Origin: an uncultured Actinomycetes bacterium | GTDB lineage: Bacteria; Actinomycetota; Thermoleophilia; Gaiellales; Gaiellaceae | Length of the DNA: 64,000 nt | Reading direction: 5' to 3' | NCBI GenBank assembly: GCA_963754715.1 | Contig: CAVWHA010000010.1 | Span: 39,045-103,044 of the forward strand | Part shown: piece by piece, positions 10,345-20,745 of the stretch | How the letters are laid out: every line of letters begins with the position of its first letter | Position numbering within the stretch: position 1 is the first letter of the stretch | Translations under genes and position numbers: made by a program | The notes under the pieces: model-generated | Told to the model about the DNA's origin: nothing | Databases searched by the model: none | Seen by the model: the letters and a program-made list of their open reading frames with translations, nothing else

Positions 10345-11241
10345 CTAACCAGGCGGCGTGCCCTGCTTGCGAAGTTTCTCGGGACGCGCATGCCTGCTGG
10401 GAGCGCCTTTCTCGGTCGCCGCCCTGGCCGGCTCAATGCGCGTCGCGTCCTGGCCCCACTGGCGCGGATCGACCCCGCCCGCGATCACGCCTCCCACGAC
10501 GAGAGCGATTGCCGCGATGGCGGCGGTCCTGACGAGCGTCCCGCCGGCGATCCGGCGCCTTGCGGGCGGGGCGACGAACGCGTAGGACAGGAGCGCTGCC
10601 CGGTGCGTCTCCTGGGTTTGCGCGAAGCGCGCACATTCCGTGCAGGAGCGCAGGTGCGCCTTGAGCGGCTTCCGCTCGGCACGCGTCAGGCGGCCGTCGA
10701 GTTGTCGCGAGAGCGCCCGTTCGGCCTGGTTGCATGTGAGCGATTCCTCCAGCCCTTCACGCAGTGCCTGGCGGGCTCGAAAGACGAGGCTCTCGACCTC
10801 GCCGACGCCGAGGTCGAGGAGGCCGGCGATCTCCCCGTTCGTCCTCCCCTCCAGCTCACGCATGACGAGCGCCGCGCGCTGGTCGAAGCCGAGCCTCTGG
10901 AGGGCTCGGCGCAGATCACCCGGCGTCGGAGCCTCCTCATGGTCGAACAGTTCCTCGGGCGGGTGCGGCTCTCCCGTCGCCGAACACCGACGGCAGACGT
11001 CGTGGGCCAGCCCCATCAGCCAGTTCCGCGGCTTTCGCGGCATCTCGCCGCGCTTGTGCGCCCGGTACGCGTTGACGAAGGTCGCCTGAGTGATGCTCTC
11101 GGCATCTTCGGGATCCCGCAGGACGACGAGCGCATACCGATAGACGTCACTGACGTGACGCCGGTAGAAGCGCTCGAAGGCCCGCTCCTGACGCCGCGCG
11201 AGCAGGGGACTCATGTCCCTGTTGATGCCAACTGACCCCAT
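10345..11241 (-). CDS. ECF sigma factor fused to a zinc-finger anti-sigma (ZAS) domain and a TM helix
   Basis: Sigma70 region 2 ('DAESITQATFVNAYRA') and region 4 ('QRAALVMRELEGRTNGEIAGLLDLGVGEVESLVFRARQAL') are followed in the same ORF by HxxxCxxC ('AHLRSCTECARF') and a TM segment ('AAIAAIALVVGGVIAGGV'). By analogy with the paralog, the start may be 11214 (MSPLL). Confidence 0.8.
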   Translation of the reverse strand: MGSVGINRDMSPLLARRQERAFERFYRRHVSDVYRYALVVLRDPEDAESITQATFVNAYRAHKRGEMPRKPRNWLMGLAHDVCRRCSATGEPHPPEELFDHEEAPTPGDLRRALQRLGFDQRAALVMRELEGRTNGEIAGLLDLGVGEVESLVFRARQALREGLEESLTCNQAERALSRQLDGRLTRAERKPLKAHLRSCTECARFAQTQETHRAALLSYAFVAPPARRRIAGGTLVRTAAIAAIALVVGGVIAGGVDPRQWGQDATRIEPARAATEKGAPSRHARPEKLRKQGTPPG

Positions 11242-11296
11242 TACTTGCGATCGACCCGACTATGACTTTCGAGTCGGTGGTCCTTCCTGCCGCTGC

Positions 11297-12592
11297 TCAG
11301 CCCCCGATCTTCGGCAGGGGTGGGGGTGGCGGTGGCGGCGGAAGAAGCGGGAGCTGCGGCAGCGACGGAGGCTGCACCCCTGGAAGTGACGGCGTCTCGA
11401 CCGTGGGTGGCTTCGGCGCCGGGGCCGCCTTCACGACCTCCTTCGCCGTGTTCACCGCTGCCTCGACGGGAGCCGGAGCGCGCGGCGGCTGCGGTGCAGT
11501 GACGAGCGGCGAGGACGCCTGATCCGGTGTACTTCCCGCTTCGCCGCCGGGAGCGGGCGCACCGGAGCGGGACCGTCCCAACGCGTCGCGAACGGCGCCG
11601 CGAACCTGAGCCTCGCCCGGAGCGGTGGCTGCCACGTTCTCGCTGTCCTGATTGACCGTTGCGCGCTCACTGAAGACCGCCGAGCTCGCTCCATAGAGCT
11701 TGGGGAAAGTGTGCGGAAGCCGCTTCAGCGCCGGAAGAGGCGTGCGATCCGGCTCGCTGGCGGCGACGGCCTCGACCGCCTGGTGACCGACTCCTCCCGC
11801 AATCACGCCGGCCGCGACCATCGCGGCGGCCTTGACGATGATCCCCGAGCCGGCAACCGCACCCCCGACGGTCGCGGCGCCGCCGCCGCCGAAGAATCCG
11901 ACGAGCGACGGTGGGAGCTGCACGACGCCGAGCCGCTTCACGGCCGCGCGCTGCGCGCGCTGCTTGCGCTCGAGGGCAGAACACTCGCTGCACTCGCGGA
12001 GATGCGCCCTCAGTGCGCGCTGCTCCGTGGGTGCGAGCGTTCCGTCGAGACGCTTGGAGAGCGTGGCCTCCGCCTCACCGCAACTCAGGCCTCCCTCCAG
12101 CTGCTCGCGCAGCGCACGACGTGCGCGGAAAAGCAAGGTTTCGACAGCCGAGACCGAGACGTCGAGGATCTCGCCGATCTCGTTGTAGGAGCGCCCCTCG
12201 AGCTCGCGCATCACGAGCGCAGAGCGCTGGTTGAAGTTCAGGTGGCCGAGCGCCTGACGGATCTCGTCAGCGGTCGGAATCGTCTCGTCGACCGGCGGCG
12301 CGGCGACGCGCTCGTCCCAGATGACTTCCTTGGGGCGCCGCGCGAGCATCCGGAAGCGCTGGCGGCACTCGTTGTGCGCGATCTTCAGGAGCCAGTTGCG
12401 CGGAAGCTCGGGGCGATCGCCGCGCTGGAATGCGCGGTAGGCGCTCAGGAAGGTCGCCTGCGTGGCGTCCTCGGCGTCGGCCGGATTGCGCAGGACGGCC
12501 AGGACGTAGCGATAGACGTCGTGGACGTGCCGCTTGTACAGCCGCTCGAACGCTCGCTCCGTGGTCGGCTTGTTGAGGACTGCGACGCTCAT
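11297..12592 (-). CDS. ECF sigma factor fused to a ZAS anti-sigma domain, TM helix and Pro-rich extracytoplasmic tail (paralog of 10345-11241)
   Basis: Region 2 ('DAEDATQATFLSAYRAF'), region 4 ('QRSALVMRELEGRSYNEIGEILDVSVSAVETLLFRARRAL'), 'AHLRECSECSAL', Gly/Ala-rich TM segment, and C-terminus '...PPSLPQLPLLPPPPPPPPLPKIGG'. Confidence 0.8.
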   Translation of the reverse strand: MSVAVLNKPTTERAFERLYKRHVHDVYRYVLAVLRNPADAEDATQATFLSAYRAFQRGDRPELPRNWLLKIAHNECRQRFRMLARRPKEVIWDERVAAPPVDETIPTADEIRQALGHLNFNQRSALVMRELEGRSYNEIGEILDVSVSAVETLLFRARRALREQLEGGLSCGEAEATLSKRLDGTLAPTEQRALRAHLRECSECSALERKQRAQRAAVKRLGVVQLPPSLVGFFGGGGAATVGGAVAGSGIIVKAAAMVAAGVIAGGVGHQAVEAVAASEPDRTPLPALKRLPHTFPKLYGASSAVFSERATVNQDSENVAATAPGEAQVRGAVRDALGRSRSGAPAPGGEAGSTPDQASSPLVTAPQPPRAPAPVEAAVNTAKEVVKAAPAPKPPTVETPSLPGVQPPSLPQLPLLPPPPPPPPLPKIGG

Positions 12593-12698
12593 CGCTCTCC
12601 GGTTGATGCCTCCATAGCTCGTTCCTTGCGTTGCTTTCCCCGCACGGAGTAGAACGAACCCAGGCCGCCTGCGGATACGCCGTTTTGGCTGTGAGCGC

Positions 12699-14105
12699 TT
12701 AAGCGGTTGTTTTGGCGCGTTTCTTGTTCGGAAGGTGGATCGCCCGTCCCAGCGCGACCAGACCGGCTTCCTTGATCGCCTCCGAGAGGGTCGGGTGGGC
12801 GGCCATGCCGTCCGCGACCGTCTCGACCGTGGACTCGGAGTCGATGGCGACCACTCCGGCCTCGATCAGGTCGGTGACGTGCGGCCCGACCATGATCAGT
12901 CCGAGCAGCTCGCCGTAGCGGCTCTCGTGGATCGACTTGACCCAGCCGACCGTCTCGTTCTGCATCACGGCCCGGGCGTTCGCGACCCAGGGGAAGACTC
13001 CGACCTCGACGTCGTCGCCGTACTGCTCGCGTGCCTCGGCCTCCGTCAGGCCGACGCCGGCGATCTCCGGATCCGTGTAGATCGGACGCGGAACGCCACG
13101 GTTGTCGACGACGGCCTCGTGGCCCATCGCGTTCTCCGCGGCGACCTCGCCCTCCCGGAAGGCGGTGTGGGCGAGCTGCCAGTAGCCGGCGCAGTCACCG
13201 ACGGCGTAGATGTGCTCGACCGTCGTGCGGCGATGCTCGTCGGCGGCGATGCCCTTCCGGCGGTCGAGCTCGACGCCGATCTCCTCGAGCCCGAGGTTCT
13301 CGACGAGCGGCGCGCGGCCGACCGAGACCAGCATCAGGTCGGTGTCGACGGTCTCTCCGTCCCCGAAGTGGACCGTGAGGCTCGATCCGTTGTCGTCGAC
13401 TTTCGTGCACTGCTTCTCTAGGTGGAGCGTGATGCCGCGCTTGCCGAACTGCTTGGCCAGCTCCTTCGCGGCGTCGGCATCCTCTTGCGGGATCAGCGAG
13501 GGGAGCATCTCGATGATCGTCACCTCGGAGCCGAAGCGGCTGAAGATCGAGGCGAACTCGCAACCGATGATCCCGCCGCCGAGGACGACGAGGCGCTTCG
13601 GGAGCTCGGTCTGGGCGAGCAGCCCGGTCGAATCGACGCAGCGCGGTGAGTCGAGCCCTTCGATCGGCGGGCGGATCGGGAAGCTGCCGGTGGCGACGAT
13701 GGCCGTACGGAAGGTGACGTCCTCGCCGCCCTCGACCGCGATCGTGTTCGCGTCCTTGAAGCGGCCGGCGCCCTTGACCCACTCGACGCCGTTCGCCTTC
13801 AGGAGCTGCGCCACGCCGCCGGTCATCTGCTTGACGACGCCGTCCTTCCACTGGTTCGCGGTCGCGAAGTCGAGCTGCGGCTCGCCGACCTGGACGCCGA
13901 GCTTGGCGAAGGTCTCCTCGGCCTCCTTGATCGCGAATGCCGTCTGCACCCAGGCCTTCGTCGGGATGCACCCGACGCGAAGGCAGGTGCCGCCGAGCTC
14001 GGGCTCCTTCTCGATGCAGATCGTCTTGGCGCCCAGCTGGGCGGCGCGGATCGCGGCCGTATAGCCGCCCGGGCCGCCTCCCAGGACGGCAACGTCACAT
14101 TCCAT
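12699..14105 (-). CDS. lpdA: dihydrolipoyl dehydrogenase (E3)
   Basis: FAD motif 'VLGGGPGGY', redox-active disulfide 'GGTCLRVGCIPTK', NAD motif 'VVLGGGIIGCEFA', and C-terminal interface 'HAHPTLSE'. Confidence 0.95.
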   Translation of the reverse strand: MECDVAVLGGGPGGYTAAIRAAQLGAKTICIEKEPELGGTCLRVGCIPTKAWVQTAFAIKEAEETFAKLGVQVGEPQLDFATANQWKDGVVKQMTGGVAQLLKANGVEWVKGAGRFKDANTIAVEGGEDVTFRTAIVATGSFPIRPPIEGLDSPRCVDSTGLLAQTELPKRLVVLGGGIIGCEFASIFSRFGSEVTIIEMLPSLIPQEDADAAKELAKQFGKRGITLHLEKQCTKVDDNGSSLTVHFGDGETVDTDLMLVSVGRAPLVENLGLEEIGVELDRRKGIAADEHRRTTVEHIYAVGDCAGYWQLAHTAFREGEVAAENAMGHEAVVDNRGVPRPIYTDPEIAGVGLTEAEAREQYGDDVEVGVFPWVANARAVMQNETVGWVKSIHESRYGELLGLIMVGPHVTDLIEAGVVAIDSESTVETVADGMAAHPTLSEAIKEAGLVALGRAIHLPNKKRAKTTA

Positions 14106-14178
14106 CGTTTCTGCTCCTCGGTTTGATTTCCGGCCTCGATCCTACTGGCGGAGCAGAGGACACGGCCGCTCCGGACAT

Positions 14179-14199
14179 GACGAGTGTCTGACACTCGTC
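14179..14199 (-). other. perfect 21-nt palindrome / 9-bp stem-loop between the GNAT gene and lpdA
   Basis: GACGAGTGTCTGACACTCGTC. It lies 9 nt downstream of the GNAT stop on the minus strand and has no U-tract. Confidence 0.3.
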
Positions 14200-14207
14200 G
14201 TAGCCGA

Positions 14208-14666
14208 TCAGGCCAGGTTGATGCGCATCGTCCACGAGCCGTCGGTCTGCTCGACCTTGTCGAACCCCTGCTTCTCGAAGACGTGCATCGCCGGGCTCTG
14301 GTCGGCGACCGAGAGGCTGAGGCCCGTGTGGCCCTGCTCCTTCGCCAGCTCGATCAGCGCATCGAGGAGCTCCGAGCCGATCCCCTTTCCCCGCCGGCCC
14401 GGGACGACCGCGATCGAGATCTCCGGCGTCTGCTCGTCGACGAAGCCGAAGCCAGGCTCATCGCGGGAGAAGAGCCGGTACCACGCGGCGCCGATCGGGA
14501 ACCCGCCGTCGAGCGCGATCACCGCCGAGTCCCCCTTTCGTCCCCAGCCCGAGACGTAGCGCCAGAGCGACGCATCCTCGACAGCGCCGCCCGACCGCCA
14601 GTAGAAGGCGTGGCGGAGCATGTCCTTGAGGAACCGGACGTCCTGCCGGTTGCCTCGGCGGATCAC
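14208..14666 (-). CDS. GNAT family N-acetyltransferase
   Basis: 152 aa with acetyl-CoA binding motif 'VVPGRRGKGIGSELLDALIELA'. There is a 4-nt overlap with the upstream VOC gene. Confidence 0.8.
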   Translation of the reverse strand: MIRRGNRQDVRFLKDMLRHAFYWRSGGAVEDASLWRYVSGWGRKGDSAVIALDGGFPIGAAWYRLFSRDEPGFGFVDEQTPEISIAVVPGRRGKGIGSELLDALIELAKEQGHTGLSLSVADQSPAMHVFEKQGFDKVEQTDGSWTMRINLA

Positions 14667-14992
14667 GGGCGCAGCTCCTGGACCATCTGCACCCGGTTCC
14701 CGTCCGGGTCGTAGATGTCCAGGAGTCGGACTTCCTCGTGCAGCTCGAGCACCGTGCCGACCTCGACGTCGTCCTCGCGCAGGCGGTCGGCCTCGGCCTT
14801 GACGTCCTCGACGTCGATCGTGGCGACGCCGCCTTCCTCGGGCTCACCCTCGGCGAGGGCGATCTGCATGCCGCCCCGCTCGAGCTTCGCCCACTTGCCC
14901 GGCTCGTCGTAGTACGTCTCGTCGAAGCCGAGCTTGCCCGTGTACCACCGACGGGCAGAGTCGAGGTCTCGCACGCGGTACCAGACCCTCAT
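14663..14992 (-). CDS. VOC (glyoxalase/bleomycin-resistance fold) family protein
   Basis: 109 aa; 'RVRDLDSARRWYTGKLGF' matches the typical VOC N-terminal beta-alpha-beta motif. Confidence 0.6.
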   Translation of the reverse strand: MRVWYRVRDLDSARRWYTGKLGFDETYYDEPGKWAKLERGGMQIALAEGEPEEGGVATIDVEDVKAEADRLREDDVEVGTVLELHEEVRLLDIYDPDGNRVQMVQELRP

Positions 14993-15001
14993 CCGCTGAT
15001 C

Positions 15002-16270
15002 CTAGAGCGCGAGACCTGGTTCTTCGAGCATCGAGCGGACGATGGCGAGGAATTCGGCGGCGACAGCCCCGTCGACGGCACGGTGATCGCAGGTCAGCGT
15101 GAGGCTCATCAGCGGCCGAACGACGAGCTCGCCGTCACGGACGACCGGCTTCTCCTCCACGGCACCGACGGCGAGGATCGCGACCTGCGGCGGGTTGAGG
15201 ACGGCGATGAAGTGCTCGACGCCGAACATCCCGAGATTCGAGATCGTGAACGTCCCGCCCTCGAGATCCGCTTGCTGGAGCTTCCCGCTGCGCGCGCGGT
15301 CGACGAGCTGGACCCGCTCCTCCGCGATCTCCTGGATCGAGAGCCGCTCCGCGCTCCGGGTGACCGGCACCACAAGGCCGCGGTCGGTCGCGACGGCCAT
15401 CCCGACGTTGGCGGTCGGATGCAGGCGGACTTCCTCGCCGACGAACTCTGCGTTCAACCGGCGGTGGCGCATGAGCGCCGAGGCCGCGACCTTCGTCAGG
15501 ACGTCGGAGATCGTCGGCTTGGCCTCGCCCTCGGCCATTCGCTCGACGAGCTTCGCCCGCAGCTCGAGCGCGCGCGTCATGTCGGCCGACATCGAGATCT
15601 GGAAGACGGGCGCCTGCCACGCCTCGGTCAGCCTGCGCGCGATCGTCTTGCGGATCGAGGTGAGCGGCTCGATCTCGACGTCGGCGGGCGCCGCCGCCGG
15701 AGCGGCCGCCGGCGCAGCCTTGCCCGGCTCGATCTCGGCGCGCTCGACGTCCTCGGCGACGATCCGCCCTTCAGGCCCGGTTCCGCGCACCTGCGCGAGA
15801 TCGATGCCGCGCTCGCGGGCGATCCGGCGCGCGAGCGGCGACGCCTTCACGCGCCCGTCCCGCTGGGGCTCCCGCACCTCGGTGATCTGCTCCGTCATCT
15901 CGCCGCGGCCGGAAGCTTCTGCGCCCTCTTCGCGCTCGTCGTCCCGCGCCGGCCCGCGCGAGCCCTCCTCCTGCGAGGTCTCGTCGACCTCGGTCTCCTT
16001 GGTCTCGGGCTCCTCGGCCTGCGCGACCGCCTCGCCCTCCTCGCCGATCACGGCCACCGTCTTCCCGACCGCCACCTCGCCCTCCGGCACTGCGATCTTC
16101 AGCAAGACCCCTGACGCCTCGGCCTCGACCTCCTGCGTCACCTTCTCCGTGTCGAGCTCGTAGAGAGGCTCGCCCTTCTCGACCTTGTCGCCCTCCTGCT
16201 TGAGCCAGCGGACGACGGTCCCGGACTCCATGCCCTGGCCGAGCCGGGGAAGCTTGACCTCAGTCGCCAT
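15002..16270 (-). CDS. 2-oxoacid dehydrogenase E2 (dihydrolipoamide acyltransferase)
   Basis: Lipoyl domain ('LYELDTEKVTQEVEA'), E3/E1-binding domain ('ASPLARRIARERGIDLAQVRGTGPEGRI') and catalytic 'CDHRAVDGA'. Start ATG 16270 (MATEVKLP) overlaps the E1-beta stop by 11 nt; the ORF-track start at 16306 was trimmed. Confidence 0.9.
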   Translation of the reverse strand: MATEVKLPRLGQGMESGTVVRWLKQEGDKVEKGEPLYELDTEKVTQEVEAEASGVLLKIAVPEGEVAVGKTVAVIGEEGEAVAQAEEPETKETEVDETSQEEGSRGPARDDEREEGAEASGRGEMTEQITEVREPQRDGRVKASPLARRIARERGIDLAQVRGTGPEGRIVAEDVERAEIEPGKAAPAAAPAAAPADVEIEPLTSIRKTIARRLTEAWQAPVFQISMSADMTRALELRAKLVERMAEGEAKPTISDVLTKVAASALMRHRRLNAEFVGEEVRLHPTANVGMAVATDRGLVVPVTRSAERLSIQEIAEERVQLVDRARSGKLQQADLEGGTFTISNLGMFGVEHFIAVLNPPQVAILAVGAVEEKPVVRDGELVVRPLMSLTLTCDHRAVDGAVAAEFLAIVRSMLEEPGLAL

Positions 16271-17246
16271 CGCGCTGGACCGTGCGCTGAATTGCCTGGA
16301 CGACATCCTTGGCGTGAGGGACGACGAACTCCTCCATCACGGGCGCGAACGGGATCGGCGTGAACTTCGCGCCCACCCGCTCGATCGGCGCGTCGAGCCA
16401 GTCGAAAGCCTGGTGCTGGACGACGGCGGCGACCTCCGCGCCGAAGCCCATCCGCGTGACCGCCTCGTGCGCGACCACGCACCGGTTCGTCTTCTTCACG
16501 GACTCGACGATCAGCTCCTCGTCGAGCGGCTGGAGCGTCCTCGGGTCGAGGATCTCGACTGAGACGCCCTGCTCCTCCAGCTGCTTCGCCGCATCGAGCG
16601 CCTCGTGGACGAGCCGGCCGGTCGCCACGACCGTGACGTCTTCGCCCTCGCGGATCACCCGCGCCTTGCCGAGCGGAATCGGCTCCAGCTCGTCGGGCAT
16701 CTCCTCCTTGAGGTTGTAGAGCGTCCGATGCTCGAAGAAGACCACGGGGTTGTCCTCGTAGATCGCGCTGTAAAGGAGGCCGCGAACGTCGGTCGGTGTC
16801 GAGGCGAAGACGACCTTGAGACCGGGGATGTGGACGAACCAGGACTCGAGCTGCTGGGCGTGCTGCGCGCCGGGCGACCAGCCCGCGCCGCCCTGGGTGC
16901 GGATCGTCAGCGGCACTTTCAGCTGCCCGCCGGACATGTACCGGTGCTTCGCCGCCTGGTTGACGAGCTGCTCCGCGGAGAGCGTCAGGAAGTCCTCGTA
17001 CATGATCTCGACGACCGGCCGCATGCCCTGCATCGCCGCCCCGATGCCGGCGCCGACGATTCCGATCTCCGAGATCGGCGTGTTGCGGATCCGCTCCGGG
17101 CCGAACTCGTCGAGGAGGCCCTGCGTGACACCCATCGACCCGCCCATCTCGGCGATGTCCTCGCCCATGAGGAAGACGTCGTCGTCCTTGCGCATCGCCG
17201 TGGCGAGCGCATCGCGGACCGCTTCTCGGTACGAGAGCTCAGCCAT
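16260..17246 (-). CDS. 2-oxoacid dehydrogenase E1 component, beta subunit
   Basis: 328 aa with typical transketolase-like Pyr and C-terminal domains ('VFLMGEDI', 'NTPISEIGIVGAGIGAA'). Its ATG overlaps the E1-alpha TAA (TAATG). Confidence 0.9.
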   Translation of the reverse strand: MAELSYREAVRDALATAMRKDDDVFLMGEDIAEMGGSMGVTQGLLDEFGPERIRNTPISEIGIVGAGIGAAMQGMRPVVEIMYEDFLTLSAEQLVNQAAKHRYMSGGQLKVPLTIRTQGGAGWSPGAQHAQQLESWFVHIPGLKVVFASTPTDVRGLLYSAIYEDNPVVFFEHRTLYNLKEEMPDELEPIPLGKARVIREGEDVTVVATGRLVHEALDAAKQLEEQGVSVEILDPRTLQPLDEELIVESVKKTNRCVVAHEAVTRMGFGAEVAAVVQHQAFDWLDAPIERVGAKFTPIPFAPVMEEFVVPHAKDVVQAIQRTVQRDGD

Positions 17247-18241
17247 TACGCGTAGACGTTCTTGAGCGCGTCTTCCGGCTTGGGGTCCGTGCCGGCCTTC
17301 GCGAACTCGACGCTGGCCTCCACGAGCTCGATGACCTCGCTGTCGAGCTCCTCGAACTCCTCGTCGGAAAGCTCGATCTCCGCACGGAGCTTGTCGATCG
17401 GATCCTGCGTCTCCTTGAGGTGCTGCAGCTCGTCCTTCGGCCTGTAGACCTGCGGGTCGCCGATGTAGTGGCCGACGAGCCGGTAGGTCTCGGCGACGAG
17501 GAAGACGGGCCCGCGGCCGGAGCGCGCGTGCTCCACGGCCTTGGCTGCGGCCTCGTAGACCTTCCCGACCTCCTGACCGTCGACCTTCATCGCCTCCATC
17601 CCGAAGGCCTCAGCCCGCTTCGTCATGTCCTCGATCGGCATGTGCTGCTTGGCCGGTGTCGATTCCGCCCAGTGGTTGTTCTCACAGACGAAGACGGCAG
17701 GGACGTTCCAGAGCTGCGCGAGGTTCAGCGACTCGTGGAACGTGCCGATGTTCGTCGCCCCGTCGCCGAAGAACGCAACGGCGACACGGGACTCGTCGCG
17801 GAACTTGAAGGCGAGCGCCGCCCCGACGATCGCAGGCAGCCCGCCGCCGACGACGGCGTTGGCGCCGAGATTCCCGCGCTCGACGTCGTAGAGGTGCATC
17901 GACCCGCCGTAGCCGTGGGAGCAGCCCTCGAGCTTCCCGTAGAGCTCGGCCATGAGCTCGTTCGGGTGCGTTCCCTTCGCAAGTGTGTGCCCGTGGGCCC
18001 GGTGCGTGGAGGCGATGACGTCGCCCTCCTCGAGCGCGCGGCAGACGCCTACGGCGACCGCTTCCTGGCCGATCGCGACATGGAGGAAGCCCGGCAGCTC
18101 GCCTGCGCGGAAGCGCTCCTCGACCTTCTCCTCGAAGCGCCGGATGAGCAGCATCTCGCGGAAGAACTCCCGCAGGAGCTCGGGCGAGACGACCCCTTTC
18201 CTCTCCACCTTGGCCACGAGCGCCAGTCTAGACTCGGGCAA
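17246..18241 (-). CDS. 2-oxoacid dehydrogenase E1 component, alpha subunit (TPP-dependent)
   Basis: 331 aa with TPP motif 'FFGDGATNIGTFHESLNLAQLWNVPAVFVCENN'. Substrate (pyruvate, acetoin or branched-chain) cannot be decided by eye. Confidence 0.9.
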   Translation of the reverse strand: MPESRLALVAKVERKGVVSPELLREFFREMLLIRRFEEKVEERFRAGELPGFLHVAIGQEAVAVGVCRALEEGDVIASTHRAHGHTLAKGTHPNELMAELYGKLEGCSHGYGGSMHLYDVERGNLGANAVVGGGLPAIVGAALAFKFRDESRVAVAFFGDGATNIGTFHESLNLAQLWNVPAVFVCENNHWAESTPAKQHMPIEDMTKRAEAFGMEAMKVDGQEVGKVYEAAAKAVEHARSGRGPVFLVAETYRLVGHYIGDPQVYRPKDELQHLKETQDPIDKLRAEIELSDEEFEELDSEVIELVEASVEFAKAGTDPKPEDALKNVYA

Positions 18242-18886
18242 GTGTCCATCGCCGAGCAGTACCGGGAGCTGGAATCGCGCCTGCCGGCGGACTGGACGGA
18301 TGCCCGGTTCGTCCTGAACGTCGACGACACCGGCCGCGCCGAGCGGGCCGCCTCGCTGCTCACACCCTTCGCCCCCGGCCGCGTCGGTGGGCAGGTGCGC
18401 TTCTCCGTCCCGCGGCGCGGCGGCCGCCTCGAGCAGATCCAGCGCATGCTCGGCCGGATCGACCGCGAAGGGATCACCGGAGCTCTCGAGCTCGTGACCT
18501 CGACGCTCAGCGTTCCCGAAGTCGCGGCCGACTCACGCGTCGCCTGGCCCCCGGCTGCGGAGCAGTGGGACGCCGCGGTTGCCGGGCTCCCCGAGGACTG
18601 GACGGATATCTACGCGCAGGTCGAGTTCGCCTCGAGCGACTTCCTCGACCCCGGCGCGTTGCTGATCGGGCCGCTGAACCCCGCCCGCTACGGCGGCGCG
18701 GTGGGCTTCCGTTTCCGCGTGGGCAAGTCGGGCTACGGAGCCGCGCCGCAGATGGCACGCCGCTGCCTCGAGCGTCTCGACGAAGCAGGGATCGGCGCGC
18801 GACTCGAGATCCTTCGCGCGCTCTCCGACACGAAGCCGGTCCTCACGCAGGGACCGGTCTGGTACCTCGAGGGCAAGGCAGTTTGA
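18242..18886 (+). CDS. hypothetical protein made of two homologous ~100-aa halves
   Basis: In-frame GTG at 18242; the earlier part of ORF 17420 is antisense to E1-alpha. Internal repeat: 'LPADWTDARF...GGQVRFSV...MLGRIDREGITGALEL' versus 'LPEDWTDIYA...GGAVGFRFRV...CLERLDEAGIGARLEIL'. Confidence 0.55.
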   Translation: MSIAEQYRELESRLPADWTDARFVLNVDDTGRAERAASLLTPFAPGRVGGQVRFSVPRRGGRLEQIQRMLGRIDREGITGALELVTSTLSVPEVAADSRVAWPPAAEQWDAAVAGLPEDWTDIYAQVEFASSDFLDPGALLIGPLNPARYGGAVGFRFRVGKSGYGAAPQMARRCLERLDEAGIGARLEILRALSDTKPVLTQGPVWYLEGKAV

Positions 18887-19159
18887 GCGCCGATCCGGTC
18901 TCCTGGCTGATGATCGAGCCCGGGTGGAAGGTGATCGCCGCCGACGGTTCCGAGATCGGCAAGGTCGAGCAGATCGTGGGCGATTCCGGGTCTGACATCT
19001 TCAACGGCCTCTCGATCGCGACCGGCCTCTGGAGCAAGCCGAAGTACGTCGCGGCCGAGCGCGTCAAGACGATCACCGAGGGTCGGGTCGAGCTCGATCT
19101 CTCGCAGGACGAAGTCGGCCGGCTCGACGACCATGAGCTCCAGCCGCCGTCCGAGCAGT

Positions 19160-19173
<14 letters not shown>
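18883..19173 (+). CDS. PRC-barrel / DUF2171-like small protein
   Basis: 'GWKVIAADGSEIGKVEQIVGDSGSDIFNGLSI...PKYVAAERVKTITEGRVELDLSQDEV'. Start is either TTG 18883 (overlapping the upstream TGA) or ATG 18910. Confidence 0.55.
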
Positions 19174-20343
<1,170 letters not shown>

Positions 20344-20365
<22 letters not shown>

Positions 20366-20745
20366 ACGAGCGCCGTTCCGTCCAGGACGACAGTCCCCTC
20401 CTGGTTCACGATCGTCGTGCGCAGGCGGGTCAGCGGCTTGTCAGTGCGCGCTTCCAGCACCTCGACCTCCGCCGTGATCTCGTCTCCTGGCCGCACCGGC
20501 GCCTTGAAGCTCCAGTCGACGTGCAGGAAGACGCTGCCCGGGCCGGGCAGATCCTCGGCGACGACGGCATTCAGGAGCCCGGAAGTCACGCCTCCCTGCA
20601 CGATCAGGCCGCCGAATCGCGACCGTTCCGCCGCCTCGGAGTCGTAGTGGAGCGGGTTGCGGTCGCCGGTGAGCTCCGTGAAGAGCTCGATGTCGCGCTC
20701 CGTGACCTTCCGGCTGCGACTCGCGGTGGCGCCGACCTCAGCCAA
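20344..20745 (-). CDS. MaoC-like (R)-specific enoyl-CoA hydratase / hot-dog fold dehydratase
   Basis: 133 aa; 'TERDIELFTELTGDRNPLHYDSEAA...FGGLIVQGGVTSGLL'. Confidence 0.8.
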
